A program made the position numbers and the translations under genes. The notes under the pieces are model-generated. The model searched no databases, had not been told where the DNA came from, and saw only the letters and a list, made by a program, of their open reading frames with translations. A DNA stretch of 63,361 bases, the filler included, from Salisapilia sapeloensis CBS 127946 (lineage: Eukaryota > Protista > Oomycota), in NCBI GenBank assembly GCA_023334545.1. It is 10 parts of 10 records of this genome, joined end to end, with 100 filler letters (N's around TTAATTAATTAA, not from the genome) between each part and the next. Parts side by side here need not be neighbours in the genome. Positions count along the whole stretch, not along the records: positions 43,002 to 48,308 come from JAADVB010000625.1; positions 48,409 to 49,868 come from JAADVB010001138.1; positions 49,969 to 53,353 come from JAADVB010000760.1; positions 53,454 to 57,302 come from JAADVB010000716.1; positions 57,403 to 59,043 come from JAADVB010001080.1; 5 more parts are not named here. The stretch is one strand, 5' to 3'. Below, one piece after another: positions 47,391 to 59,043 of this stretch; within the stretch, counting starts at the first letter, position 1, and each line of letters starts with the position of its first letter.

Positions 47391-48146
47391 ATGCTTGCTC
47401 GCATCGCACGTCGCGCTTCCAACTCGCCACTCGTCTCTCGTGCTGCCTTTGCACGCCACGAGTCGTCGTTCACGTCTCTGCTTCAGGTATGTTATACCCT
47501 AGTTACCATTACCTTTGCGCCAATCTTTACCTTTGGCTTCTTGTAGCGTGAAATTGAAGAAGAAAAAGGTAATTGCTTTGAAGGAGATGACTTGACTGAG
47601 TTGCAATCCAAGATCAGCAAGACTTTTTCCTTGGAAGAGGCCTCTGGTAACATGAACGTTGCTCTTCGTGGCAACGTCGGCGGCAACGACGTCCACATTC
47701 GCTTCGATGTTCAGGACGTAATGGAAGAGATGGATGAGGAAGAAGAGGAAGACATGTATGAAGAAGAAGGCGAAGGATCTGATGATGATGAAGAGGACCA
47801 GTTGCCTGGCATCCGATTCATCGTTGACATCAAGAACAACAACAAGGGTTTGCAGGTGGATGCCGTTGCCACTAGCAATGTTACGATCCAACGCGTTCGC
47901 TTCGTCTCTGACTTCAAGGAGGATGAAAGCGAAGCGATGAACGCTCCAACTAGTAAGATGCAGTCATACCTTGGACCGAACTTTGAAGACCTCGAGCTCG
48001 ACCTGCAGGAAAAGTTCTATCACTACTTGGAAGAGCACAAAGTGGACGATGACGTTGCCCAGTTTATCTCCCAATACTCTGACTTTAAGGAACAGCGCGA
48101 ATACCTAGGCTTCCTCGAGAACGTTCATGGTTTCGTCAAGAAATAA
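47391..48146 (+). CDS. Mitochondrial acidic glycoprotein MAM33/C1QBP family
   Basis: Presequence MLARIARR; YLGPNFEDLELDLQEKFYHYLEEHKVDDDVAQFI...KEQREYLGFL. Confidence 0.88.
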
Positions 48147-48167
48147 ACAGCTTTGCATTTGACTATA

Positions 48168-48308
48168 GTGGTTTCTATCTGTACACGAGTCCGATGGGAC
48201 CCTACGTCATTCGACTTGAGAATGATCTGGAGACTGTCTAGTAACCTCGTCGGTAGCCTGGTGGAGGTGGCGCATAGCCGTAGCCCTGTTGCGGCTGCAT
48301 GTAGCCAT
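48168..48308 (-). repeat. Right arm of the perfect 141-bp inverted repeat
   Basis: Reverse complement of 43002-43142; identity ends at GATAGAAACCAC. Confidence 0.97.
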
Positions 48309-48606
48309 NNNNNNNNNNNNNNNNNNNNNNNNNNNNNNNNNNNNNNNNNNNNTTAATTAATTAANNNNNNNNNNNNNNNNNNNNNNNNNNNNNNNNNNNN
48401 NNNNNNNNACACATTTGCATCATACTTTGTCGTAGAGTGCCAAAAGCCGAGGTGGATCGACCTACTTTGGTGGATCATTGGACCTCCGGTTTTGCACTCG
48501 CATGATAACGCGCGTTCGCGTAATGGACGGAGCGGCATACCTCTCTGTCGATCGATCATTTTCGTTCGTTCCTCTTCCTACCTAAGCACTAGATCCTGTG
48601 GGCAAG

Positions 48607-49868
48607 ATGGGACTCTTTGGCAAAGAGGACGGAGAGAAGGACCCACAGCGGTCGCCTACGCCGGCGTATCAGCAGGTCGCCACGCCACATGACGACGCCA
48701 AGGTCCCGATCGACCGCGCCTCGACGAGCGACAGCGAGGGCTCGTCCGCGAAACAGAAGCGAAAGCAGGCACCTGGCGACGACGGTCTCCCGGACGCGAC
48801 GCCGCCGAGCAAGTCGTATGCGTTCCACGAGCTCTACCGGTTCGCGTCGGCGCTGGACAAGCTGCTGCTGCTGCTGGGCATCGTGATGGCGATCGCGAAC
48901 GGCGCCATGTTCCCGCTGATGGCCATCGTGTTCGGCAACGCACTGCAGGGCTTCTCGAGCGTGCCGATCGACCAGGACACGGTCAACATGGCGGCGCTCA
49001 ACTTTCTGTACATCGCGATCGGCATGTTCGTGAGCGAGTACATTTCGTACGTGTGCTTCAACTTCTCGGCGGAGCGGCAGATGCTGGAGCTCCGTTCGCA
49101 CTCGCTGCGGCACATGATGTACCTGGACATTTCGTGGTACGACAGCCACGATGCGCTGCAGCTGAGCAGTCGGATCACGGGCGACACGGTCAAGATCAAG
49201 GAGGGGATGGGCCAGAAGCTGGGCGACTCGTTCCGCTTCGGGAGCCAATTCGTGTCAGGCTTTATCATCGGCTTCGTCAAGGGGTGGCAGATCTCGCTGG
49301 CCATGGCGGCGCTGCTGCCGGTGGTCGGCCTGGCGCTCGGCTGGGTGGTGAAGAGCCTCCGAAGCAAGTCGGATTGGTCCCAGAAGCTGTACGCGCAGGC
49401 CGGCGCCGTGGCGGAGGAGACCTTTGGCAACATCCGGACGGTCGTGTCTCTGAACGGAGAGCGGCGCGCCATCGACAAGTACGAGGCCAAGACGGCCGAG
49501 GTGGAGCAGGAGAACATTTCGCTGCACAAGAGCGTGAGCATCGTCTTTGGCATGTTCCTCGGCTGCATCTGGCTCATGTACTCGATCGGCCTGTGGTACG
49601 GCGGCTCCAAGGTGTCGGACGGCGAGGCAGAGCCAGGCACCGTCTTCTCCGCCTTCTTCGCGATCCTGGTCGGCACGGGCGCCTTTGCCCAGATCTCTCC
49701 GAACGTGACGGCCGTGTCCCAGGCGACGGGCGCCGCGAAGGAGCTCTTTGACATCCTGGACACGCCGTCCTCGATCGACGCGTCCAAGGACGAAGGCGAG
49801 GTCCCGGCCAAGTGCGACGGCGCGATCGAGGCTAAGAACCTGTACTTTACCTATCCGAGTCGACCGGA
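48607..49868 (+). CDS. ABCB (MDR/P-glycoprotein) transporter, first TMD, truncated; very GC3-rich
   Basis: LYRFASALDK...ANGAMFPLM, AERQ..LR...MYLDISWYD, YAQAGAVAEETFGNIRTV, LWYG, GAIEAKNLYFTYPSRP. Confidence 0.93.
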
Positions 49869-49968
49869 NNNNNNNNNNNNNNNNNNNNNNNNNNNNNNNN
49901 NNNNNNNNNNNNTTAATTAATTAANNNNNNNNNNNNNNNNNNNNNNNNNNNNNNNNNNNNNNNNNNNN

Positions 49969-50709
49969 GATTTGGCTGGTTTGCTTGATGCTCTCGACAT
50001 TGAGCAAGCTGTCTTCATCGGCCATGACTGGGGTGGATCGATGGTCTGGCACATGTGCCTCTACCACCCGGAGCGTGTGTCTGCCGTCTGCGGTGTCTGC
50101 ACCCCATACACTCCTCCTAATGATGAGTATATCGATCTCAATGGTGTGATCAAGAGGGTTCCTCAGTTTGACTATCAAAAGGTGCTTGCAGATACCAAAT
50201 ACGCAGCTAGCAAGCTCGATCAGGTTCCTCGTCGATTTTTCACTGCCATGTTTCAGAGCAGCAAGGACTTCAGTACTCTACCGAAGGAAGAAAAGTTGCC
50301 ACTACGGAAAGTGTTGCTGAATGTAGTAGATCACCCAAGCTCCATATATACGAAAAAGCCATCCATCATCTCCGACGCAGAATTGAACTACTACATACAA
50401 CAGTATTCGGAATCTGGATTTCAAACGAGCTGTTATTACTATGCAACTCGTTCCATCGACTTTAAAACTTCACGCCATTTACCGAAGAAGATTGGTCATC
50501 AAGCCCTCTTTATCGCTGCACAGCAGGATGCGGTGCTACGTCCTTCTATGGGAAGGAATATGATCAGCTTTATCCCTCACCTTCAAACCGCTTTGATCGA
50601 GGATGCAGGTCACTGGGTGTTGTGGGAACAACACGACAAGGTCAACGCGGTCTTGCTTACATGGCTGGCCTCGGTGACGGACGGTAAGCGCTTCGGAGCG
50701 AAGCTTTAA
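49969..50709 (+). CDS. Soluble epoxide hydrolase-like alpha/beta hydrolase, 5'-truncated, PTS1-like AKL end
   Basis: FIGHDWGG nucleophile elbow, DAGHWVLWEQ, C-terminal AKL*. Confidence 0.88.
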   Translation, partial: DLAGLLDALDIEQAVFIGHDWGGSMVWHMCLYHPERVSAVCGVCTPYTPPNDEYIDLNGVIKRVPQFDYQKVLADTKYAASKLDQVPRRFFTAMFQSSKDFSTLPKEEKLPLRKVLLNVVDHPSSIYTKKPSIISDAELNYYIQQYSESGFQTSCYYYATRSIDFKTSRHLPKKIGHQALFIAAQQDAVLRPSMGRNMISFIPHLQTALIEDAGHWVLWEQHDKVNAVLLTWLASVTDGKRFGAKL

Positions 50710-50805
50710 GCATCTTTTAATGCAAGAGAAGCATCAATATTAATACGATCGGAGTGAAAAAAATATACTCGTTTGATTTCAATTTGTGATTCCTGCTAGA
50801 TGAAG

Positions 50806-52125
50806 CTAAACCTCGCAGTCCAAGCGACGACCATTTTCATCACCGCTTCCATCCATCTGAGTTGCTGGATCCATAGCAGTTGGTGGTGCCACTACAAAGT
50901 CATTGTTTGCTGGAGTGTCATATATCTCTTTACTAGTTCCGTCATCCATTACTTGGTCGCCGTTGTGTGTACCACCACCTTGCATAACCTCGGCATCTTG
51001 ACTACCTCCATTCATCTGACTTGCTGGGTCAACAGCAGTCGGTGGCGCAGTGGTAAAGTCACTGTCTGCTGGCGTGTCGTCTACCCCTTGGTTAGTTTCA
51101 TCATCCGTCGCTTTATTGCCCTTGCCAGTGTTTCCATCTTGCATACTGTCACCATCTTCTTCCTCCATCCTATCTTGGATGACTCCAGCGTACTCTGGCT
51201 TCAATGTTCCATCAGCTTCGAAGATACCAAAGTGAGTCTCGACCGTCTCAGAGCCACTTTCCGCATCGTAGTGTTCCTTCCAATCGTCATCGAATGACGT
51301 AAAGTAGTAGTACGGCCATTCATTTTCGTCGGCAAGTGCTGTGAACTCGCTAAAGTACTTGGCGGCATTTTCAGGACTTGCCTCCGAGGCGTTTTTATGA
51401 GAGCCCGCAGTGGCCCACCCAGTTTCCCCGACCTCGAACTTCTTGCCGTACTCGTCAGCCATCCCGAGGACGTCCGCCATGCGTTGTTTGAACTGAGCTG
51501 CAGCGCCCTCGACGGGATGCTTTTCCCAGAACGGGAATGCATTGGCCATGACAAAATCTACCGCTCGGACGAGTTTTGGATGCCCTCCATACACGTCACC
51601 GATTTCAGATATGGTAACTGGCATCGAAATGCCGTGTTGGATGAGAAGGGCTTTCACTTCGTTCATCAGCTCAATGTTTTCTTCAGCAGTTAGCTCCTCA
51701 CGGTAGATAGCTTCGCTGCCGACATGAATGTCACGAAAGACTGACCGGTCATCAAACCATGCGCGGTAGTTGCTAATCATTTCCTCGAGCTTGTTCTTCT
51801 CACCAAGGAAAACGCCTTTGTCAGCATTTACCCACATGCCAAGTGACATCTCAAAGCCAAGCTCATGGGCGATCGGTACTACAGAGTTGGCGAGGTCACA
51901 GTCGACGTTACTGAAAAAACGAAGGCGGTTTGTATATTCTTTCAGTCTCATCAAGTCGGAACGAATCGCTTCAACACTTTTGCATCGAGTCTCAGGAGTC
52001 CAATCCGGACCGGAGCGAGGGCTGTAGTTAAGACCGTATATTGGGAGGTCGCCTTGCACCATAGATGGAAGTGCCATGGCTGTAAAAGCAGCCAGAAGCG
52101 AGATGGCAGTCGTTGGTCGTAGCAT
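50806..52125 (-). CDS. Secreted GH17 beta-1,3-glucanase/glucanosyltransferase with acidic repeated tail
   Basis: Signal; YGLNYSPR, IHVGSEAIYR, MANAFPFWE, VGETGW, YYYFTSFDDDWK; tail repeat DTPA.DF..APPTA.DPA.QM twice. Confidence 0.9.
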   Translation of the reverse strand: MLRPTTAISLLAAFTAMALPSMVQGDLPIYGLNYSPRSGPDWTPETRCKSVEAIRSDLMRLKEYTNRLRFFSNVDCDLANSVVPIAHELGFEMSLGMWVNADKGVFLGEKNKLEEMISNYRAWFDDRSVFRDIHVGSEAIYREELTAEENIELMNEVKALLIQHGISMPVTISEIGDVYGGHPKLVRAVDFVMANAFPFWEKHPVEGAAAQFKQRMADVLGMADEYGKKFEVGETGWATAGSHKNASEASPENAAKYFSEFTALADENEWPYYYFTSFDDDWKEHYDAESGSETVETHFGIFEADGTLKPEYAGVIQDRMEEEDGDSMQDGNTGKGNKATDDETNQGVDDTPADSDFTTAPPTAVDPASQMNGGSQDAEVMQGGGTHNGDQVMDDGTSKEIYDTPANNDFVVAPPTAMDPATQMDGSGDENGRRLDCEV

Positions 52126-52530
52126 GTCGATTTAAAGGCTTCAGTAGCAACTTGATCTCCAGGTTAAAAAATGGAAAGTGACCAGTAGTTTGAAAATATG
52201 TTTGGCGGTTACCAGATCCATGGCGACTGCTAAGAAGATTTAAAGGGATGGGAAGGCGCATCCTCTCCGTTGGAAAGAGTCTAGTCGTGGCGTAGCAACA
52301 TTCTCCATTTGTGCTTCGCATATCTCATAGTGGTGCAAGCGCCTCTTTGATGCACCGAATTTGATAGATTTCTTTCTTATCCTTTTGTCAATATTAATGT
52401 TCGATTGGTTTGCGATTAACTACTACAATGATCAACTTGCTTGAGTTTTCACACGTGTTGATTTTAACATCTTCGAAACATTATAATGAAAAATGCAATT
52501 GCCGAAACGGTCGAACAGGATCTAGTCAAA

Positions 52531-53353
52531 TTATCGACCGTGGTCATCGTGGCCTCTGCGAATCTTTTCACCTTGCTCGAAATATCCGCGTTGAGCATGA
52601 TTTTCTCCACCCCAGCCGTTCTTGTTATTCATGCCATCATCCGCTTGTGGGGTTGCTGCATTGACTTCCTCTGGTTCCCCAGGAACGGAGGTTTCCGTGA
52701 AAGTGTAAGTAGTTGAGGTAGGAGACTCATTAAAGCCAGGAGCGATATCGGCTGCAGCAGAAGCGCCACGGACTTTGCCACGTTGTTCTTTCATTTGCGT
52801 GTTTGATTTGTTGTTTCCAGCACCACCAGCACCATTATCTTGACCAGCATCATTCCCTTGACCATTGCCATTCCTTTGGCCATTGCCATTACCTTGGCCA
52901 TTGCCATTACCTTGACCAGCACCATTACCTTGACCAGCACCATTCTCTTGGCCAGCGCCACCGGCTTCAGAACTGGACAAAATTTCACCACCACACTGCT
53001 CCACTTCCGTGGGCACTCCGAAGAAGTAATGATCCTTGGCCTCTGCTTCCGAGTACTTCACCTCTTCTGTACTAAAATCAGGCTTGTCGAAATAGTAGCA
53101 CACATCCGTCTTATCCGGTCCATATTCCATTTTCGTAACGCGATCCCCGCCGCTGAAAGACGGGCAACTCGGCTTGGAGCTGGCACCGTCGGTCGTCAAA
53201 CGAATATGGGCACACGATCGATAAGTTCCGGTGCTCCATCCGATATTGCCGTAGCTATGACCAGCAGCCAGCCATGCCCACTGAAGAGTGTAGTCTCCAG
53301 CAGGGAGGTGGTCCGGCAATTTGATCTTACTACTGCAGTGCTGACCGTGCTCA
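52531..53353 (-). CDS. AA17-like lytic polysaccharide monooxygenase, C-terminal part with GN-rich tail; 5'-truncated
   Basis: KIKLPDHLPAGDYTLQWAW...SYGNIGW...YRSCAHIRL...KPSCPSFSGGDRVT...CYYF matches the oomycete AA17 pattern as I recall it; the His brace is not visible. Confidence 0.7.
52826..52958 (-). repeat. 18-bp tandem repeat encoding GQGNG(A/N)
   Basis: About seven units such as CCTTGACCAGCACCATTA and CCTTGGCCATTGCCATTA. Confidence 0.9.
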
Positions 53354-53904
53354 NNNNNNNNNNNNNNNNNNNNNNNNNNNNNNNNNNNNNNNNNNNNTTA
53401 ATTAATTAANNNNNNNNNNNNNNNNNNNNNNNNNNNNNNNNNNNNNNNNNNNNATTTTAAGCAATAACGCTTTAACTAGTTCGCTGAACAGCGAGTCCAT
53501 ATCAACCCAAATAAGCTGTCAGTACACATATAGTTTATTATAGCGTCTTTAATCATGTAACAACCAGTACACATGTCTGTGCGCATATGATTCGATAGTG
53601 CACAATTACAGACATAATACGTATTTCAGCTAATATCTTGAAAATGTTTGTTAATGTACAATTAGTTTGTATCTAAGCAGGACGTCAGAATATTCGATAA
53701 AACCCAGACATATAGACATATAGGATGTAAAACAAAATGCACTATTTAAGTTTAATTGTACATTGACCGACAAAGTCTGCATATAAAAAGTACGCCAATA
53801 TTTTATCTGATGATTTACGAAATTTCACGAGAATCACCAATCCAGCTACTTAAGATAACACACAAACTCAAACAATCAAGTTTAAAATCTTTTCCATCAT
53901 TGCT

Positions 53905-55060
53905 ATGTCTCAATGCTCTCAGCCTTCCAACGTCGTTTCTCGCTTTGAACGCCAGGTTCAGGAGCGTGCGGCTCAGTTTGAAGTGAGCCAGGATCCCTAC
54001 GGGACATATGCTGACCAACTCGTGAATGAGGCTCACGACTATGGCGCACCATTTGTCTCATCCTTTGTGCATGATGTAGGCAATAACTGTGTGCAACTAA
54101 TGACGAACTTTGCCCTAGGTGAGTTTGAAGCATTATAGAATGTCGTGAGTGATGACCCTCTGTTTGAGTGGACCCTAGGTCGATGCCAGAAGTGTTGAAC
54201 GACTGCAAAAGATGTATTCTTTATGCCTTTGTGCGTGTTGAAGCACTACAATACATGGTATAAGCATGCGGCTGACTTCAAAATGCAACCTTCTTCCTTA
54301 AAAATAGTATTTAAGGTACATTTTCGGTGTACTATGCTCATGTATGTTGATTTATTTAAAAACAATTATATGGATAGTTTGATGCTGAACGTTCTCGACC
54401 CAGTTCTCAAAAAGCATTTTATTGAGAAACCCGAAATGTCTCGTCATCACTTCCACCACTTCCCGTATGCTCTATACGCGGTGGATGTCAAGTTTCAGCA
54501 AAGTAATCGTCTAGGTGGCACGTTTTTGGATGCCAATAAGTACTTCTCGGGTAAGCACGGACTATAGGAGTACAAAATCGAGTGTGCAATATCGCCAGCG
54601 GATTATGCTGTACACGCCAGTAAGCATTACACAGGGTCCGTGTCAGACATCAACATCTTATACGATAATCTGGAATTTCACAAGAAGCATGCTGTCAATA
54701 GCAGCATCGACCGAAAGAACGATGACATTGGAGAAGGACCCCATGCACATCAAGGAATATGGTCAATCTTAGCAGACCAAGGCTATTAAGACATTTGCAA
54801 TCGTATCCAAGCTGTGCACCCCACGAAACAACCGAGTTCAGCGTCAGTGAGCGCTGAAGATTTGCAAAGCAACGAACGGATATCAAGCGAGCGAGTACTG
54901 ATCGAGAACTTCTTTGGGTATGTTAATACCCTTTGATTGGCAATGACCAAGAAGTTCTTTCGGATTAAAGAAAAGTATGATCAAACGGTAAGATTGTGCT
55001 TTTCATTCACTAACTACCATGTCTCGATATACCCACTGAGAAGCCAAAACCGAGAAGATT
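53905..55060 (+). mobile_element. Degenerate PIF/Harbinger-like DDE transposase (DDE_Tnp_4 type), pseudogenised
   Basis: LMTNFALGEF; YALYAVDVKFQQ...YFSGKHGL; ILADQGY; NERISSERVLIENFFG; several stops and frameshifts; no TIRs seen. Confidence 0.82.
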
Positions 55061-57907
55061 ACCTTCAGACCTTGGCTTAATATGCAGCGGATTCACAGTA
55101 ACGCCGTGAAAAGAGACGCTGAGCCCAACAAGCCTCCTACCAGCGTCGTTTTCAGCAGAATGTCGAGTCGTTTCAAAGGTTGATTGGCGTGCGACGCAAT
55201 AGCTCGAGTCCTTCGACCACACCTAGCCCAGGTTTAGTGCGAAGAAACCAATACGCAGACATCGGAGAAAGCCTACAAAACTCTCAAGCCTACTTGTAGG
55301 ATACAGAAGGTCATCTAGCAAGGTTTTTCATGTAAACAATGCATTTTTTATTTGTTGGATAGCTATGCTTGTTCCGTTCGTGGTTCTCATTATTCTCTTA
55401 TGATATAAGAGAGTCGCTCGTATGTGTCGTGACTGTATATGAATAACAGGGAAAAAATGAAGAGCCTTTGGATTAAAGAAAATTTATTTCAAAGCTAAAA
55501 GTAGACTCGGTTCATTTCTCCATGCAATTTGGGCCTTCTCCGTGCACTTAAGTGCTTTAGACTTTGTCCTAAAAAGACTAACTAGATGAAACCGAATGCC
55601 ACACAACACGGGAGCTCGTAGTCACGAATACTATAAGGGGCACAAATGCAAAGGACTACGGTTCTTTGAGTCCAATGCGCCCCAAAGTATGTTGATGGAG
55701 GTAGATTTAAGAGTGATTTATACTTGTGCACTCGACCGCTGAATCTACCTAGTGGATGGATATTAAAATGGTTGATTTTACCCACCCAGTATCCATACAA
55801 AAATCAAGTAAGAACTAAGTGATTTCTGAAGGTACATCTGATCCCCACCTGTATTTACCATATCCGACCGAACCTACATGATACAGTATATTAAAAACAA
55901 GACTAATGCGTACTTGATGGAGAGATGCAAATTTAATTAGTATTACCGCAAAATCCGCAATAAATCGCAATTTGCCACTAAGTAATTATTCGAAGTATGC
56001 TTGATCATAACCAAACATAGTGCGTTTATTTCAGATATAGATCTAGTTACAAACTAAATGCGCAAAACCTTATCATATCTGCACTTATCACATTAGTACA
56101 CATTATCTATGTCAAAGTACATTTTCTTTGTAAGCATGCATTGCTCTTGTGATAGAGTAGTACTTGATGTATACATGTACCTCACAAAAAACTAGACTAT
56201 ATAGATGTATGATGAGGAGTAGGTCGCAGCGCATATATCCACTACCAAAACATATTTACTCGAAACGAGCATTTTTGAGATTATACGCTTTACGTCTATT
56301 AATACACTTGGGGTCTAATGCGTTGCATACTTGTAATTGTATTTGGGGTCTATTTTTAAAATTTGAAATTTGAAAATGTACCATTCCTTTTATTTCTCCT
56401 ACCAAATTACAGTCATCGACTACTTAAAACGTTATTCTTAACTGTGCTTGTTCCGCAAACAACAAGAAACGCTTTTCTCTTGAAAGGAAAAATTGAATTT
56501 ATATTGTCTTTGGGTTTTTGCGTTGAAGTTTCTATATCCTTCTACGGCAACCTATCTTCGGGCAAAGATCGCTCCTGGAGTAATTGTCACGATATACTGG
56601 CAACCCTCCTAGCTCATGAAAATATAAAGAAAAGAAATTGAATGCGAATATCTGCTTCATCGCAGTAAACCACGACATCAGCGCAGCACGTACAGCCTAA
56701 CGCAGCAAGCGAGTCGTCATTACAAAATAGCTTCGAACATCGTTATCGCCGCCTTTGTATCAGTAAGTATGCTGTTTCTTACATTGCTGCTTCATCAGTC
56801 TGTTTAAACTCATGTGATACAGTACTTGGTAGACATACAGCAGCAAAAACTAAGTCCAACATTTACTGTTCAAACATACTCATGTACAAATGACTCATGG
56901 AAAACTTCAGCGCAATGTACCGTTACTTTTGTCCCGCAGAGCGCAAGACAGTCAAGTCTGGAAAGCCACACAGATAATATAGGCGACATAACTCGACTCG
57001 AGGCTATGAGTGATTGTGACGTCACCGAACACATCATGAGTAAACCTCATCGAATCTCCGATACCTCCGCCAATCCGACTCGAAACACGTTTGTCATACT
57101 CGAACACAACATCGACATATCTCAGCATAGGGCCAAGGTAGTGCTGGCACAGTGGAGAGATTAGCTGGCTTTTTGATACTCCACTGCTAGTTCTAATTGC
57201 GAAGAATATTCAAGCTATCGTTTCTGGAACTGTTTCTCGAAGTGACTGTTTCGCCTTCCCCAGACATGGATTTCGTGTTTATCAATGGATAGCACAAGAG
57301 AANNNNNNNNNNNNNNNNNNNNNNNNNNNNNNNNNNNNNNNNNNNNTTAATTAATTAANNNNNNNNNNNNNNNNNNNNNNNNNNNNNNNNNNNNNNNNNN
57401 NNCATCAAAGTCCAAGACAGAGATGGGCCAAGAATACGAATTCGCATCTCCATTAGCAGCACAGAGCATTCGCTTATGCATTCGATATAATGCGGGACAG
57501 CTATATTGAAGTTTGCGTTAGGTTTCCATGACATGTAGCTAGCCAAAATCGGCTATTCTCAACGAACGCAGAGTTTGTCTATTGGATTATCATGCATAAG
57601 ATTGCGAAATGCGAGTCCTCAATGTTGCCGAATCAGTATTCGGCGCGAACGCGGTCTTAATGTGCTTCGCTAGAAGTATAGTTGTCGGAAGAAAAGTATC
57701 TAGACTACTGTCAATGCTAGGCCATGTAGGAAGCTCACACGCCCAACATGACGCCAGTCGGGCACTTTGACATCAACTAGACCCATGAAAGAGCTGTATT
57801 CTCTGCAGAGGCTAAAAGTAGATGTAGCTGAGTCGTTTCGTTTCATATTTTCAAGACTAGTAGAGTACAGATCCAGGACACAATCACAGACTAGCAGACG
57901 TTCCGTC

Positions 57908-59043
57908 ATGTCGAGCAAGTAAGATAATAAACGCTTCCAATCTACAACCATCCCACAACAAAGTACTCTTACCACATACATTGACAGAACCTATGACCGT
58001 CGGTGGCAAGAAGCCATGAACGAGTTAGACGAGCAAGTCCACATCGAAGACCATACACTCGTCAGCGACGACCAGGACCCGTCCTCTCTTCCTGAACCCG
58101 TAGGTTCCCGCCATCAAGACCATACAGCAGACTCTAACTCCTCACACCATAGCCGCCACAAGCATCCATCGTAGAAGCATTCCAGCACTACGCTTGTCTC
58201 TACATCAAGTACATCCAGATCATGTCTCGCCTGACGGGCTGCTACGACCAAATGGTACAGCCGCAGAAGCGGATCGATGTCAAGCAAGTGCTGGAACTCG
58301 TCGCCACGCGCGTCGTGGAGCTCAAGCATGCACTCGTGAAGTGGAACCCTCCGAATCCAGATGTCCAGACCCAACCAGAGCGGAGCTTCCCTTGGGAGTA
58401 CATCAACCTAGACGATGTCCTCGTGGACCTGAAGCTTCCGCCTGAGACGATCGAAGTCCCCATCTCCAAGTGCTTCGTAGAGGAACAAGCAGACGAGATA
58501 CAGAGACGTAATCGACTGGTAGAAGGATACCTCAAACTAAAGCTCGGCGTCGAGAAACTGCACATTGAAGACGGCAGCGACATGTCGCTCTCTGCTGGAG
58601 CCATGTCTTTGGAAGAGGCGCTTGCCATCATACAGCGCAACGAACGAGGTAGGCAAGGTCGCTATCGAGGCTTCCTCGTCCGTGAAGTGCGTGAGGATGA
58701 GCAGCATCGGAAGATATACGACGCCGCCGGCTCCGAGATGGATACGGAGCTCGCAGCCACTACTATCCAGCGTATACTTCGAGGTTACCATGCTCGGCAG
58801 GTAGTCGCGAAACAGCGAGACGAAGAGCTGATCTTCTTGGGCATGAAGCCATCTCGGTTGGACCGGGAAGCGATTGATAAGCGACGTGCAGACGCCAAGC
58901 TCCAGCGACGCACGGAGCAAAGCGAGAACAAAGAAGAGTATGTCCAAGCGTTGCAAGACCTGCACAAAGTCGTCGCAGCAGAGGAGGGTCCGTTCATGCA
59001 AGAGAAGCTGCTAGAAGAGCGTCGGAAGTGGATCTCCGAGATG
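57908..59043 (+). CDS. IQCA1: IQ and AAA domain protein / dynein regulatory complex subunit 11, 5' part
   Basis: TYDRRWQEAM; YIKYIQI..RL..CYDQMVQPQKR; YINLDDVLVDLKLPP..IEVP; IQ motif IQRILRGYHARQ. Confidence 0.85.

Noticed and set aside
43002-48308. A 5.3-kb DNA transposon or Pack-MULE with 141-bp TIRs
   Set aside because: The arms are a protein-coding 3' end that runs to the contig edges, the interior is intact housekeeping genes, and there is no transposase or visible TSD
48589-49811. Long alternative-frame ORFs over the ABCB gene
   Set aside because: Shadow ORFs caused by high GC3
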